A stretch of 64,000 nucleotides of DNA from Squalus acanthias. Its lineage: Eukaryota. The notes under the pieces were generated by a model. That model was not told where the DNA came from. It was given only the letters and a program-made list of their open reading frames with translations, and made no database searches. The translations under genes and the position numbers were made by a program. Within the stretch, counting starts at the first letter, position 1; each line of letters begins with the position of its first letter. The stretch lies in assembly GCA_030390025.1 (NCBI GenBank), contig CM059430.1, positions 52,018,001 to 52,082,000 of the forward strand, written 5' to 3'. This document shows positions 52,351 through 64,000 of this stretch, one piece after another.

Positions 52351-53439
52351 TATTTCAGAAGATATGGGAAATCACACCCCCCACCGCTTCTCCCCACTAC
52401 TGAAAGCTTCAGACAGATTTAGGCATAGCAGATTAGGTTCTACTCTTCAAATGGAATCTCTGCCTCACAGATACCTTCACTCCCATTGGCCAAATTGTTT
52501 TTTCAGCCCCTAATTGGTTCTTGGAATTTTAGTTTAGTTACTTTAGTGGGTTAGTGAGAAACTCAAGAGATTTCTGTACCAAATATTTACCTCCATCAGT
52601 CGGTCCATAACTTGCACTCAGTATATCGGAAGGAGTGCACCCAATGGCACATATGGCTTTCCACTGACACTTCATGGCATAAACCCCAATGTACAAACCC
52701 GGCTACATTAGGTGAACCATTTATGGTTCCCGTGCTAGCAAGTTTGCCAATCATTTCAAAGGTTACAGTGCTTTGGAGATCGTGTTGCAGTTTCATGAAT
52801 CAATCAGCTACCGTTAATTAAAACAAAAGACAAAAGGAGGAAAAGAAAAATCCCTTTCCAGTGGAGCACGATGGCGGCATTTTGCACCAGACTTTAAGAA
52901 AGAAGCTTATTCTTTTGAAATAAGGCAACGGTCTGTATGTTTCCCTGATTCTGCTTGAATATCCAATGTTACAAATTTACAGCCATTTCTGCAGATGGCC
53001 CACACTCTCCACGATGAGTGTTATTTTTAATGAGTAACTGGGCCGCTTTTAATGAGTAGCCTTTACTTGCTGCTCTTTTAGTCAGCAGGATGCCACTGAA
53101 TAAATATTAATTTGATCATTTAAAATGATTTCCCAGTGTGATTTCACATTGGCAAACCTGAAACTCTGGAGGAAATGACTGTGCATAACACAACACAAAT
53201 GCTGAAGCCATTTCCTTTCCAGCATGAAAATGGAAAGGAACTTATATAAAAAAAATAAACATTGCTCTCTCTCTTACACACACCGTTGGATGTTTGACAT
53301 GTTGGGGTCAGGTTATATAAGGTTTCAATACAGATGGTAGGAGTGCAGTGAAAGGAGCAGGGGATGTAGGAAAGATAAGGAAGAAAAACAGGAAGGCAAT
53401 AAGGCAGAGATCAGAAGGAAGGGGATTAAAAGAGTAAGA

Positions 53440-53945
53440 TTGCCAAACAGAGGCAGGTTTGAGTGATTTGTATATAAATACATTCTGAATAAAATTGGTC
53501 AGCTGCAGGTAAAAATTGCAATTCGATACAATATAAAAGCATCAACAGAGGTGTGGCTTAGACAAAGTCAGGTCTGGGTCGTAAACATTATTAGTTATAA
53601 AATATTCAGGATGGATTCAGCAGGAAACAAAATATTGGTATTATTTTAAGATCCATTATAACACTGGAGTGCAAGGATGATACAGGGAATGGTGCAAATG
53701 CTGAATCTGTTTGGTTAGATTGAAGGAATAAGAAAGGGACTGTACCTCTAAGAGGGGCTTATTACAGTCGGACGATAAGTGTAAATGAGATAAGGAGATA
53801 TGTAGACAAATAGACAGAAATAATGGGGTCAAACTAATAGTTGACTTCAATTATGCAAAGAGAGACTGGGGTAAAAGTAATGCAAGTGGCAAAGAAGGGG
53901 ACGGGTTTGTAAATGTGTCCAGGACTGCTTTCTAGATCAGTACAT
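53440..53945 (+). mobile_element. Old CR1 endonuclease-region fragment
   Basis: Degenerate homology to the reverse complement of 28620-29130 (NK..QLQ, DFNY, CVQD.FLDQY). Confidence 0.6.
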
Positions 53946-54521
53946 TTTGAATACAAAAACGAAATCAGAAAAAGCTGGAAATACTCAGCAGGTAAGGCAG
54001 CATCCGGGGGAATGCTTTACAGGCAAATACCGTGGTTTGAGGATGTAATTGGCGTCGCAATGTAATTTTTACTTCAAATCGCGGAAGGCCCACACATTGA
54101 TAATCCCCAAGAGAAACCTGGCAGGACTACAATGTTTTGCTTGTGGATTAGGAGCATTAGTGGTATGAAGCAACATTGTATTAACATATTAAGCAATGAT
54201 GGAGAAAAATAAATGTTGCCATAAGAGACTTTTAACAGCTATTTGTGCAATGAAGAGATTTTCCAGCTAGGCTGAAATCAAATGAACCATGGTACAGATA
54301 ATAAAATTGATCTTTTATAAACAACCTATTGAAATCCTAATCAAAGCATTCATTCCCTTGGCAAACTATTGATATGTTTAGATAGAAATAAACTGTAACA
54401 GCAACAAAGATCAGTCCAACATTCAAGTGCTGAATTAAAGCAATTCCTTCTTTAACTTGGTTATTGAGATATCCTGACTAATAAAATATATTTAATGAAT
54501 TAATGTTGCAATGTTCAAGTC

Positions 54522-54800
54522 ATACCCTTACCTAACAACAGTCTATCTATCTCAGTCTTGAAAGCTCCAATTGTCCCAGCATCCGCAACCTTTTGGGAGA
54601 GAGTTCCAGATTGCTACTATCTTGTGTAAAAAAAAGTACTTCCTGATTTCCCTCCTGAATGGCCTAGCTCTAATTTTAAGATTATGTCCCCACGTTTTTG
54701 ATTCCCCCACCAGAGGAAATAGTTCCTTTGTATCTACCCTATTAAATCCCTTTAACATTTTAAGTACTTCGGTCAGATCACCCCTCATGCTTCTATACTA
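54522..54800 (-). mobile_element. CR1 3' fragment
   Basis: RGDLTEVLKMLKGF...IWNSLPK ORF. Confidence 0.78.
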
Positions 54801-55092
54801 ATGGGTGCATAAGGTGCGAGAAGAAAAGGAAAGATTGCCTCTGCATTCATAGAACTGAGTGGGTGAATGAAGATAAAGTGAGCAAGATCGAAGGAGACAA
54901 AAATAAGACACACAGAAAGAGAGGTATTAAAAGAGAAATTGGAAAGGAGGAAGAGAAAAGAATGCTAGAGGTAGAAACGGAGATAGTGAGAGAAAGAGAA
55001 AAAGATAAAGAGAACACATTGTAAAGCTGAACGCACTTTAGTGAACCATTAATTGTTGACAGAAATGAAACCTCTACAAGATAATTTCAGTT

Positions 55093-55206
55093 TTCAAGGA
55101 GCGATGTAATTGGGTAAGTTGCTGCTAATAAAAAATGGCATTTAAACTATTCAAGGAGCGATGTAATTGGGTAAGTTGCTGCTAATAAAAAATGGCATTT
55201 AAACTA
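55093..55206. repeat. Perfect 57-bp tandem duplication
   Basis: ttcaaggagcgatgtaattgggtaagttgctgctaataaaaaatggcatttaaacta x2. Confidence 0.95.
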
Positions 55207-56081
55207 TTTGCACAGGATAACTTATTGTAACACAAAGGTGACCATGTTACAGTCTTCACTGATATTATGAACAGGTTTAGTCTTCATTATAAAAGGGTTT
55301 AGAGATTGTAGAGATCCTCCACCTATAGCCATCTCTTTCTTTCTTGTCACCAGTCACATGCTGAGGTTCCCAATTCACTGTGGCCATACATTTGTGATCT
55401 ATTCTGCATAAATCCTCAGGAAGATCCTCGTCACTATCGAATTCCACGTCATCACCACGGAGACCGCTGATAGTTTTAATGACAATGTGGTCCCCACTAT
55501 GCCAGAAACCGGTGCTTTGGGTCCCCAACGTGTCCGGCTCCCGTGCAAATTCCCACCCACGACGTCCTTCTGACCGGTTTTGTGCGGGAGACAGATATAA
55601 ACTATTGGAATGAGGCCCACAAGTTAAAATGGCCCGGGCTTCACACCACAGCGTCTTTGGGAAATCTCACCCGCCCCGAACATGCCCCTGGTTAGAATCG
55701 GGGCTCATATTGGGTACAAAAAAATTGGAGCTGACACAAAGAAAGAAAAAAGAAATAGAAAGGAAGTAGGATTGATAAAGTTGTTAAAAAATATCCTAGG
55801 TTTTATAAACAGGGGCATAGAATGCAAAAAAAAGGATGCTAAACCTACAAATCATTGGTTAGACCACAGTTGGTATAGTAGAGAGGGGGCCAGAAGAGAT
55901 TTATTAAGGTGATACCAGGGATGGGAATCTGGAGAAACCGGAGCTCTTTTCACTAGAACAGAGAAAGCTAAGAGGAGAGCTGACAGAGATGTTCAAGGTT
56001 TTGAGGGTTTTCACGAGCTAAATAGAGAAAAACTGTTTCCACTGATCAGTGAGTCAGTAACTAGAGGGCATGAATTTCAAA

Positions 56082-57680
56082 TAGAATCATAGAAAGTTAC
56101 AGCATGGAAGGAGGCCATTTCGGCCCATCGTGTCCACGCCGGCCAACAAAGAGCTATCCAGCCTAATCCCACTTCCCAGCTCTTGGTCCGTAGCCCTGCA
56201 GGTTACAGCATCCCAAATGCACATCCAAGTATTTTTTAAATGTGGTTAGGGTTCCTGCCTCTACCACTCTTTCAGGCAGAGAGTTCCAGATCCCCACAAC
56301 CCTCCGGGTGAAGAAATTTCCCCTCAAATCCCCTCTAAACCTTCCACCAATTACTTTAAATCTGTGCCCCCTGGTTTTTGACCCCTCTGCTAAGGGAAAT
56401 AGGTCCTTTCTATCCACTTTACTATGTCCCTCATAACTTTATACACCTCAATAAGGCCTCCCCTCAGCCTCCTCTGTTCCAAGGAAAACAGACCCAGCCT
56501 ATCCAGTCTTTCCTCATAGCTAAGATTCTCTACTCCCGGCAACATCCTTGTAAATCTCCTCTGTACCCTCTCTAGTGCAATCACATCTTTCCTGTAATGT
56601 GGTGACTAGAACTGCACGCAATACTCTAGCTGAGGCCTAACTAGTGTTTTATACAGTTGAAGCATAAACCCCCTGCTCTTGTATTCTATGCCACGGCTAA
56701 TAAAGGCAAGCATTCCGTATGCCTTCTTAACCACCTTATCTACTTGTCCTGCTACCTTCAGGGATCTGTGGACATGCACTCCAAGGTCCCCTTGTTCCTC
56801 TACACTACTCAGTGTCCTACCATTTAATGTGTATTCCCTTTCCTTGTTAGCCCTCCCCAAATGCATTACCTCACACTTCTCCGCATTGAATTCCATTTAC
56901 CACAGTTCTGCCCACCTGACCAATTTATTGATATCTTCCTGCAGTCTACAGCTTCCTTCTTCAGTATCAACCACACAGTATCATCTGCAAGCTTCTTAAT
57001 CATACCCCCTATATTCAAGTCAAGATCGTTGATATATACCACAAAAAGCAAGGGACCTAGTACTGAGCTCTGCGGAACCCCACTGGAAACAGCCTTCCAG
57101 TCACAAAAACACCCATCAACCATTACCCTCTGCTTCCTGTCTCCGAGCCAGTTTTGAATCCAACTTGACACTTTGCCCTGGATCCCATGGGCTTTTAACT
57201 TCGTGACCAGTCTGCCATGTGGAAGCATATCAAAAGCCTTGCTAAAGTCCATATACACTACATCAAACGCACTACCCTCATCTACCCTCCTTGTTACCTC
57301 CTCAAAAAATTCAATCAAGTTTGTCAGACACGACCTTCTCTTAACAAATCCGTGCTGACTATCCTTGATTAATCCATGTCTTTCTAAATGAAGATTTATC
57401 CTGTCCTTCAGAATTCTTTCCAATAATTTTCCCACCACTGAGGTTAGGCTGGACTGGCCTGTAATTGCTCGGTCTATCCTTTTCTCCCTTTTTAAACAAG
57501 GGTACCACATTAGCAGTCCTCCAGTACCACACCTGAAGCCAGAGAGGATTGAAAAATGATGGTCAGGGCCTCTGCTATTTCCTCTTTTGCTTCGCGTAAC
57601 AGCCTGGGATACATTTCATCTGGGCCTGGGGATTTATCCACTTTTAAAGCTGCTAAACCCCTTAATACTTCCTCTCTCAC
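56082..57680 (-). mobile_element. CR1 LINE, 5'-truncated (RT, C-terminus, 3' UTR), inserted in an older plus-strand CR1 (55790-56080, 57685-57800)
   Basis: ORFs with SQHGFVK..SCLTNL, DFSKAFD, GVPQSSVLGP, LADD; very similar to 20786-21642. Confidence 0.92.
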
Positions 57681-57991
57681 TAGTCACCAAAAGAATGAAG
57701 GGAGAGGTTGGGAGAAATTTACTCAGCGGGTTGTTAGGACATGGAGTGCCCTATCAGAAATAGTGGGGGAAGTAAAAGGAAGGTGGATAAATACTTGATA
57801 AAGAAGAAATGAAAGACCTTGCATTTATATAGTAGCTTTCATGACCTCGGGACGTCCAATTGTATTTGACAGCCAATTAAATACTTTTGAAGTCTAGTCA
57901 CCATAACGTAGGTAAATGCAGCAGTCAATCTGCACACAAGGTTATACAAACACCAAATGAGATGAACGACCAGTGAATCTGTTTGAGAGTG

Positions 57992-58172
57992 TGGGGGCAA
58001 TTTTGAACTTGGGCGGTAATGTAAAATGGACGATACTGGATGAGCCGCCTGTTATATATCACTCTCAATTTTCATTTCCATTGACTTCAATGGAATTGCG
58101 AAAGATATACAACGGATGGCTGATCTGATAACACCCGTTTTACACTATCGGCCAAAGTCAAAATTAACCCCC
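57992..58172. mobile_element. Short palindromic Harbinger-type MITE inserted in a SINE (57808-58212, minus)
   Basis: gggggcaattttga / tcaaaattaaccccc termini with GTG on both sides; internal palindrome around ccattgacttcaatgg; relatives at ~10330-10443, 39193-39308 and 48500-48602. Confidence 0.65.
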
Positions 58173-58774
58173 GTGTGTTGATGGATGAATGTTAGCCAAG
58201 ACATTAGGAGAACTAGAATCATAGAATGATACAGTACAGAAGGAGGCCATTCGGCCCATCATGCCTGTGCCGGCTCTTTAGTTGAGCTATCCAATTAATC
58301 CTACTCTCCTGATCTTTCCTCATAGTCCTGTAAATCTTTTCACTTTATCCAATTCCGTTTTGAAAGTTACTATTGAATCCACTTCCACCACCCTTTCAGA
58401 CGGTGCACTCCAGATCACAACAAGTCGCTGTGTAAATAAATGCTTCCTCATGTCGCCTCTTTTGCCAGTCACCTTAAATCTGTGTCCTCTGGTTACCGAG
58501 CCTTCTGCCACTGGAAACAGTTTCTCCTTATTTACTCTATCAAAACCCTTCATGATTTTGAACACCTCTATCAATTCTCCTCTTAGCCTTCTCTGCTCTA
58601 AGAAGAACAACTCCAGTTTCTCTAGTCTCGCCACATAACTGAAGTCCCTCATCCCAGGTACCATTCTAATAAATCTCTTCTGCATCCTCTCTAAGGCCTT
58701 GACATCCTTCCTAAAGTGTGGTGCCCAGAATTGAACACAAGACTCCAGCTGAGGCCTAACCAGCGTTTTATAAA

Positions 58775-58920
58775 CAACAGAAAATGCTGGAAACACTCAG
58801 CAGGTCAGGCAGCATCATGGAGAGAGAGAAACAGAGTTAACGTTTCAGGTCGATGACCCTTCGTCAGAACTGGGATTGTTGCTTCAGATTTCCAGCATTC
58901 GCAGTATTTTGCTATTGTAT
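58775..58920 (-). mobile_element. Penelope-derived mini-element
   Basis: 14-bp TSD CAG(C/T)GTTTTATAAA at 58761 and 58921; inverted aatgctggaaa / tttccagcatt. Confidence 0.82.
58835..58871 (-). ncRNA. Minimal type I hammerhead ribozyme motif
   Basis: Minus strand reads AGTT-CTGACGA-A-GGGTC-ATC-GACCT-GAAA-CGTT-AACT: intact core, stem II, palindromic stem III and stem I AGUU/AACU. Confidence 0.7.
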
Positions 58921-59283
58921 CAGTGTTTTATAAAGTTTAGGATAACTTGCTTGCTTTTTTTTTTTTAAAACAGCCTTCTCAATTTGTCCTGTCACCTTCA
59001 AAGTTTTGTGTGCGAACACCTCCAGGTCTCTCTGTTCCTGCACCCCCTTTAAAATTGTACCATTTAGTTAATATTGCTTCTCCTCATTCTTCCTACCAAA
59101 ATGTATCGCTTCACACTTCTCTGCGATAAATTTCATCTGCCATGTGTCTGCCTGTTTCACCAGTCTGTCTATGTCCTTCTGAAGTCTGTTACTATCTGTC
59201 TCACTGTTTACTACATTTCCAAGTTTTGTGTCATCTGCAAACTTTGAAATTATGTCCTGTATTCCCAAGTCCAGGTCATTAAT

Positions 59284-60036
59284 GGCCCGAAAATTAAACC
59301 TAATACGCGAGAGTACGCACTGTGTACTCTCGCGTATTAGATCCCGAATTGCCGGTTTCCCGTGCATGCAGGAAACCGGCACTTCGTGAATTGAAAAGGG
59401 GGGCGGTTCCTAAGTGAACCGCATGCCCACTGCAGGCTGTGTGCACGCAGTGCACTTAGTTATTTTTCCAGCTTTGAACGCACAGGTAAGTGGTGAAGAT
59501 TTTACACATAAAGAAAGCAGGCGTAGGACCCCCTTTTAACAAGGTAAGTAGTTAATTAAGTGTTATTTTAAATTTTTTTCAACAGGTGTATCTTTATTAG
59601 AGACTTTAAAGAAAGGTAAGTTTATTTTTATAACTTTTAAAAAGATTTAAAAAAAAAATTTTAATTTAATTTTTTGTTTAAAGTGGTTAATTTATTTAAC
59701 TATACTTATTTTATTAATGTGATGGTTTTTTTAAAATTTAATTGAGGTTTAGCTGTTCTTTTGGGGGTGTGTAGTATTCATAGCTTTGACAGGTCTTCCT
59801 GTCAAAACTATGAATGAAAGATGGTGTGCTGCCATTGGCTCTAACTGAATCACGTGATCCCAGAGCTCACACAAACTAATTGCGCCTCTGAGTCACGCAA
59901 GCACTGCACGGTTCCAACAGAGAGAGCCTTTGAAACTAAAGTTCGTGTGGGCCCGGAGCAAAAAGGTAGGCGCGGAGTGAGATATCGCGGGGAATCCTTA
60001 CCCCCGCGGGAACCATCCATGTTTAATTTCTGGGCC
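59284..60036. mobile_element. Harbinger-like MITE, copy 2
   Basis: TIRs GGCCCGAAAATT / AATTTCTGGGCC; exact AAT TSD inside the CR1 RT; collinear with 9287-10052. Confidence 0.88.
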
Positions 60037-60139
60037 AATATATCTCAAAAAGAGCCGTGGTCCTAATACCGACCCCTGGGGAACATTCTGTATACTTGTT
60101 TTTGAACCGTGCCAGGAGATACTTTACAATCATCCAGAC

Positions 60140-60295
60140 TGGACCTCTGTTTAATGTCTCATCCAAAAGATAGCAACTCCGACAGAGCAGCGCTCCCTCA
60201 GTACTGATGCGTCAGCCTAGGTTACGTGCTCATGTTCTGGAGTGGGGCTTGAACCCACAACCTCCTAACTGCGATGTGGAAGAGCTACCATTGAG
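60140..60295 (-). mobile_element. SacSINE1-like SINE 5' part (another at ~63380-63485)
   Basis: cttgaacccacaacct tRNA-head reverse complement matches 40860-41020. Confidence 0.7.
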
Positions 60296-61706
60296 TGCTG
60301 CAAACTGACAAAAAGAAGTGTACGAGGAACGGCACTAAACTTTTGGTGTTTCAGGGATCTGGAGCAGATACGATGAGCTGAACGGCTTCCCCTCCGTGCT
60401 GTAAAATTCTATAATTTTATTCTATGAAATATTGCACAGACTCGTGGGCTATTGCATGCCATGGTGGGTGCATTAGACATACTTGGTGCGCCTAATAGGA
60501 TATCCAGCTGCACAGAACAGGAAAGCTCCAGGTTCAAGCTCAAGTCCGTGCTTGATTGTGAAGCCATCCACGGTTGAATAACAGACAGCCAACGTTTTGT
60601 CTCAACATGAAGAGTGGGTTACTTGGCAAGGTGCGAGAAAGCTACCAATACCTGGAGAACCAAACCAGCGAGGATTCAGAGCCTACAGGAGGGAAGGGGA
60701 AAACTAACATGCCACCATAAATCGGAGCAGAATATATTTGTACTAGGACAGGACGTAGCTCTCTCCAGGACTTCTGAAAACTGAAAAGGAAATGGCATCA
60801 GAATGGCTAATTACAGAGCAATAAATTTACCCAAACATTTAAAGCAAAGGTACAAATCTTCTGAGAATAAATGAAAATCCATGCAACCCAGACTGGAGGA
60901 ATGACTGACATCCTAGAGATGCAGAAAAGTAGCCAAAAATGTTTCACTGTTAATTCCTGCATGAGCTGCAGGGTCTCTCTGCGGAAATCTGCTCGACAAT
61001 TTCACCGATTGTCAAATCAACCATCCAGTGATTGCGGGACAGTCAGACTGATTGAGGAGCAGCTCCATACATCACACACATGAAAGGATAACTGCATGGT
61101 TCCCTGTGAAAATAGGATCTTATGTTCATGAGGGAGGCTAGCTGGAAAACTCAAAGTGATGAACAATACCATGGATTAGACTCGAGCCTCACCACCGGAC
61201 TGCAAATAGAATCAGATTGCAGCGGGATGCATTGATCATTCCGTTTATCACGCTCAGTGTGTTTTTAGTCTTTTAGATTTCTATACACACGAGGCAAGTG
61301 GCTGTGGCATCGACAAAGGTCAGTAAAACACAGATGCAATTATAGACACAGGGTGACGGATGGTGGATGCCGGGGAACTAATGATGCGGAGCACAAAAAT
61401 CAACGGATGCAAGTTTTTCTCCTTGTCATTTTTGACGTCCATTCAAGTTTTCAACCGTCAGAATCCTTTCACCCACGAGATAAGTAATGAATAGAAACAG
61501 CAGCAGCACATACAGCTGCCGGCGGTGAACTGGCCAAGACTCCCGGGCTTCAGGCTTCAATAGAGCAGAGGGACCGACTTGCATCTCGGTTAGTTCCTTG
61601 CTCCCCCTCCTCCATCTCTCCCCCTCGGCCGCCCAACTTGTAAAAAAATTTGATACCATTAAACGGAACCATCGCCTGTGTAGATACTGAGGGAGGATTA
61701 AACTCA

Positions 61707-61892
<186 letters not shown>

Positions 61893-63745
61893 CTACAAAA
61901 ATAAAATTTAAAATGAAAAAAAAATAAAGTCCTATTCAAATGCCAACTGTTTTATTATTAATGTTGTTAACATTTTACACCTTAAAACAAATTATTTTGT
62001 TAGTTATTCTTGCGAACAAAAACAAAAAAGGTAACATTTCAGTTAGATGTTGATTTTTGGATAGCTTGAAACCCAAGAAAGAAACCACTCTGTAAAGCTG
62101 AGTTAATGCGAATGAAAAGCCCTGGCAATGCAAGAATGATTCCGAGACTATATGTACCCACTACCATTAGATCAGCAGATGAACGCTCGGTATGTTCCCG
62201 ACTCCTTGTGCTATGTGCATGAGCAGCTTGGAAAATGACTTGTTCACCGAGATAATCAACATGTTCCATATTTAATGTGAATAAGAGTGGAGGGACTTGT
62301 TGCCGCTGCACTGTATTAACCAGTGATATCCAACCTGCTGGTGAGTGGGGCGCATGAGGGCAAACTCAGCGAGGCTGCACTCCTGGTGCAGAGCCTTACA
62401 AGAGGAGCGAGTGAGTCGGAGAGGCAGAGCTAGGTGGCGTTATGGCCCTGTCTCCAACTTGCCATTCTCGCCATGGGGCCTCACTGGAAATGAATGCAGC
62501 TTGCTGTAGATGCCCTATTAGGTAATGCTTCCTGAGCCATGCCAGTGAGGTATACTGGCAACAGAGAGTTTGGTCTCCTGAAGAACATTCCCCTAACCGC
62601 CCCCCCCTCCCCCCCACACACTTGCACATCCCGCACCCCCCACCTCCCCACCCCCAAGCAGGCTCCAGTTTAAGGGGCAAGATGTCCCACCTATTGAAAC
62701 AAATACAGGTACTGTGGGACAAGGGGGAAATGCACCCTATGCCCATGGAATGGACCTGCTAAGGGACACCAAGATGCCAACTAGCCCTTAGCTTAGGGGC
62801 AAGATTCACCACTGGACCATTCCCAAGGTGATTATTTTTGAGGGGAACAATTTGCTGCTTAAATAATCCACAAAGTGCCTCTTTTCTCCTGAGAATACTG
62901 TTGGTCTGATTTTCAGTCGCCTTTAACATACCTTGAACAAAGAAAGCAGGGAGTGTTCTCACCAGTTGGTGAACCACACTGATTACTGTAATCCTAAACC
63001 CTGTAATTATACAGTCCAACCTGTACACACTAAAAAAGGACCTCACACAAAGGCACAATTGAAGGAAGAAAAAAGAGAGCCAATAAGTTAAAAACAGTTA
63101 TCCAGTTACCCTAGTGCAATATACAAAATTAATGTGGTGCAACTAGATTAAGAATCAAGAGCAAACTGGGTTTATGACACACAAAGTAGTCAGGAGTTTA
63201 CAGTAATGGGCGTGCACGCTGATGATATAATTGATATTATTTGTCAGGTGTCATATTCTCCTGAGGGGAACTACAGGCTATCCAATACTCAGGTAGTGAC
63301 TGTGACTATACTACTGTACTGTCAGTCAGTATGTAGCACATGGTATCTCAATACCCTGCCCATCAGTGTGTGCTTACTGTAAGTGTCAGCCTGGATTATG
63401 TGCTCAAGTCTGTGGAATGAGGCTTGAGCTCACAACCTTCTGACTCAGAGGCGAGAGTGCTACCAACTGAGCCACGGCTGACACTGGGAACAAGTTTCAA
63501 ATGTTGTTTGAGATGAAGCTTTTGTCTTTTCAGATGACGTCGCCCCTTCAAGAAAGTATTTTGATGCAATACTCACCAGTCCTTTCTCCGCTTTGCAGGT
63601 GAGCTATTATTACAGATGTTCCATGCCCTGGATGCATATCTCCATCAGCGGAATCACCCACACTCCATCATTTGTAGAGGCAGCAATTATAAATGGGACA
63701 ATTTAGGGGATATTCATTTGCCCCATCTCCAGAGATTGAACGCCT

Positions 63746-64000
63746 AATCATAGAATCTTACAGCACGAAAGGAGATCATTCGGCCCATCGTGCCCGTGCC
63801 GGCTTTTTGAAAGAGCTATCCAATTAGTCCCACTCCGTCTGCTCTTTCCCCATAGCCCTGGTTTTTTTCCCCCATTTTAATTTACATATCCACTTCCCTT
63901 TTGAAAATTAAGAACAATCTAATGAACCTTCATTGCACCCCCTCTAAAGCAAGTATATCCTTCCTTAGGCAAGGAAACCAAAACTGCACACAGTACTCCA
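63746..64000 (-). mobile_element. CR1 3' end with internal deletion, runs off the window
   Basis: atcatagaatc tail plus 3' UTR like 58215-58370, then jumps to LEYCVQFW. Confidence 0.75.

Larger units (their letters stand above)
58215..60090 (-). mobile_element. CR1 LINE 3' part split by a Penelope mini-element and a MITE
   Basis: ORFs 58320-58796 and 59068-59382 (INDLDLG..ISKFADDTKLG); the LINE resumes at 60037 (GSVLGP region). Confidence 0.88.

Noticed and set aside
63571-63700. GTGAGT donor-like site on the minus strand as a candidate upstream CPNE2 exon
   Set aside because: No frame gives the expected ..ELSDNR..LDKK peptide and there is no clear acceptor.

Overview
Eukaryotic, vertebrate DNA. 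The repeat families (CR1/HER1-type LINEs, SacSINE1-like DeuSINEs, Penelope pseudo-LTRs, Harbingers) point to a cartilaginous fish; this is inferred. The only host gene is copine-2 (CPNE2) on the minus strand. Five phase-0 GT-AG exons (61809-61892, 47546-47635, 44941-45039, 22840-22926, 22513-22572) join into 140 uninterrupted codons covering most of C2B and the start of the vWA domain. The flanking exons lie outside the window. The rest is intron packed with mobile DNA: CR1 and related LINEs, SINEs, at least four Harbinger remnants (transposase and/or Myb/SANT partner), Harbinger- and hAT-type MITEs, two solo LTRs and Penelope-derived mini-insertions with hammerhead motifs. The least explained structure is at 10.5-11.7 kb, where ~220-bp inverted arms enclose a ~460-bp block also present at 6.6-7.07 kb. 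I cannot claim a new biological system from sequence alone. Repeat boundaries are by eye and approximate unless a TSD or splice site is quoted.
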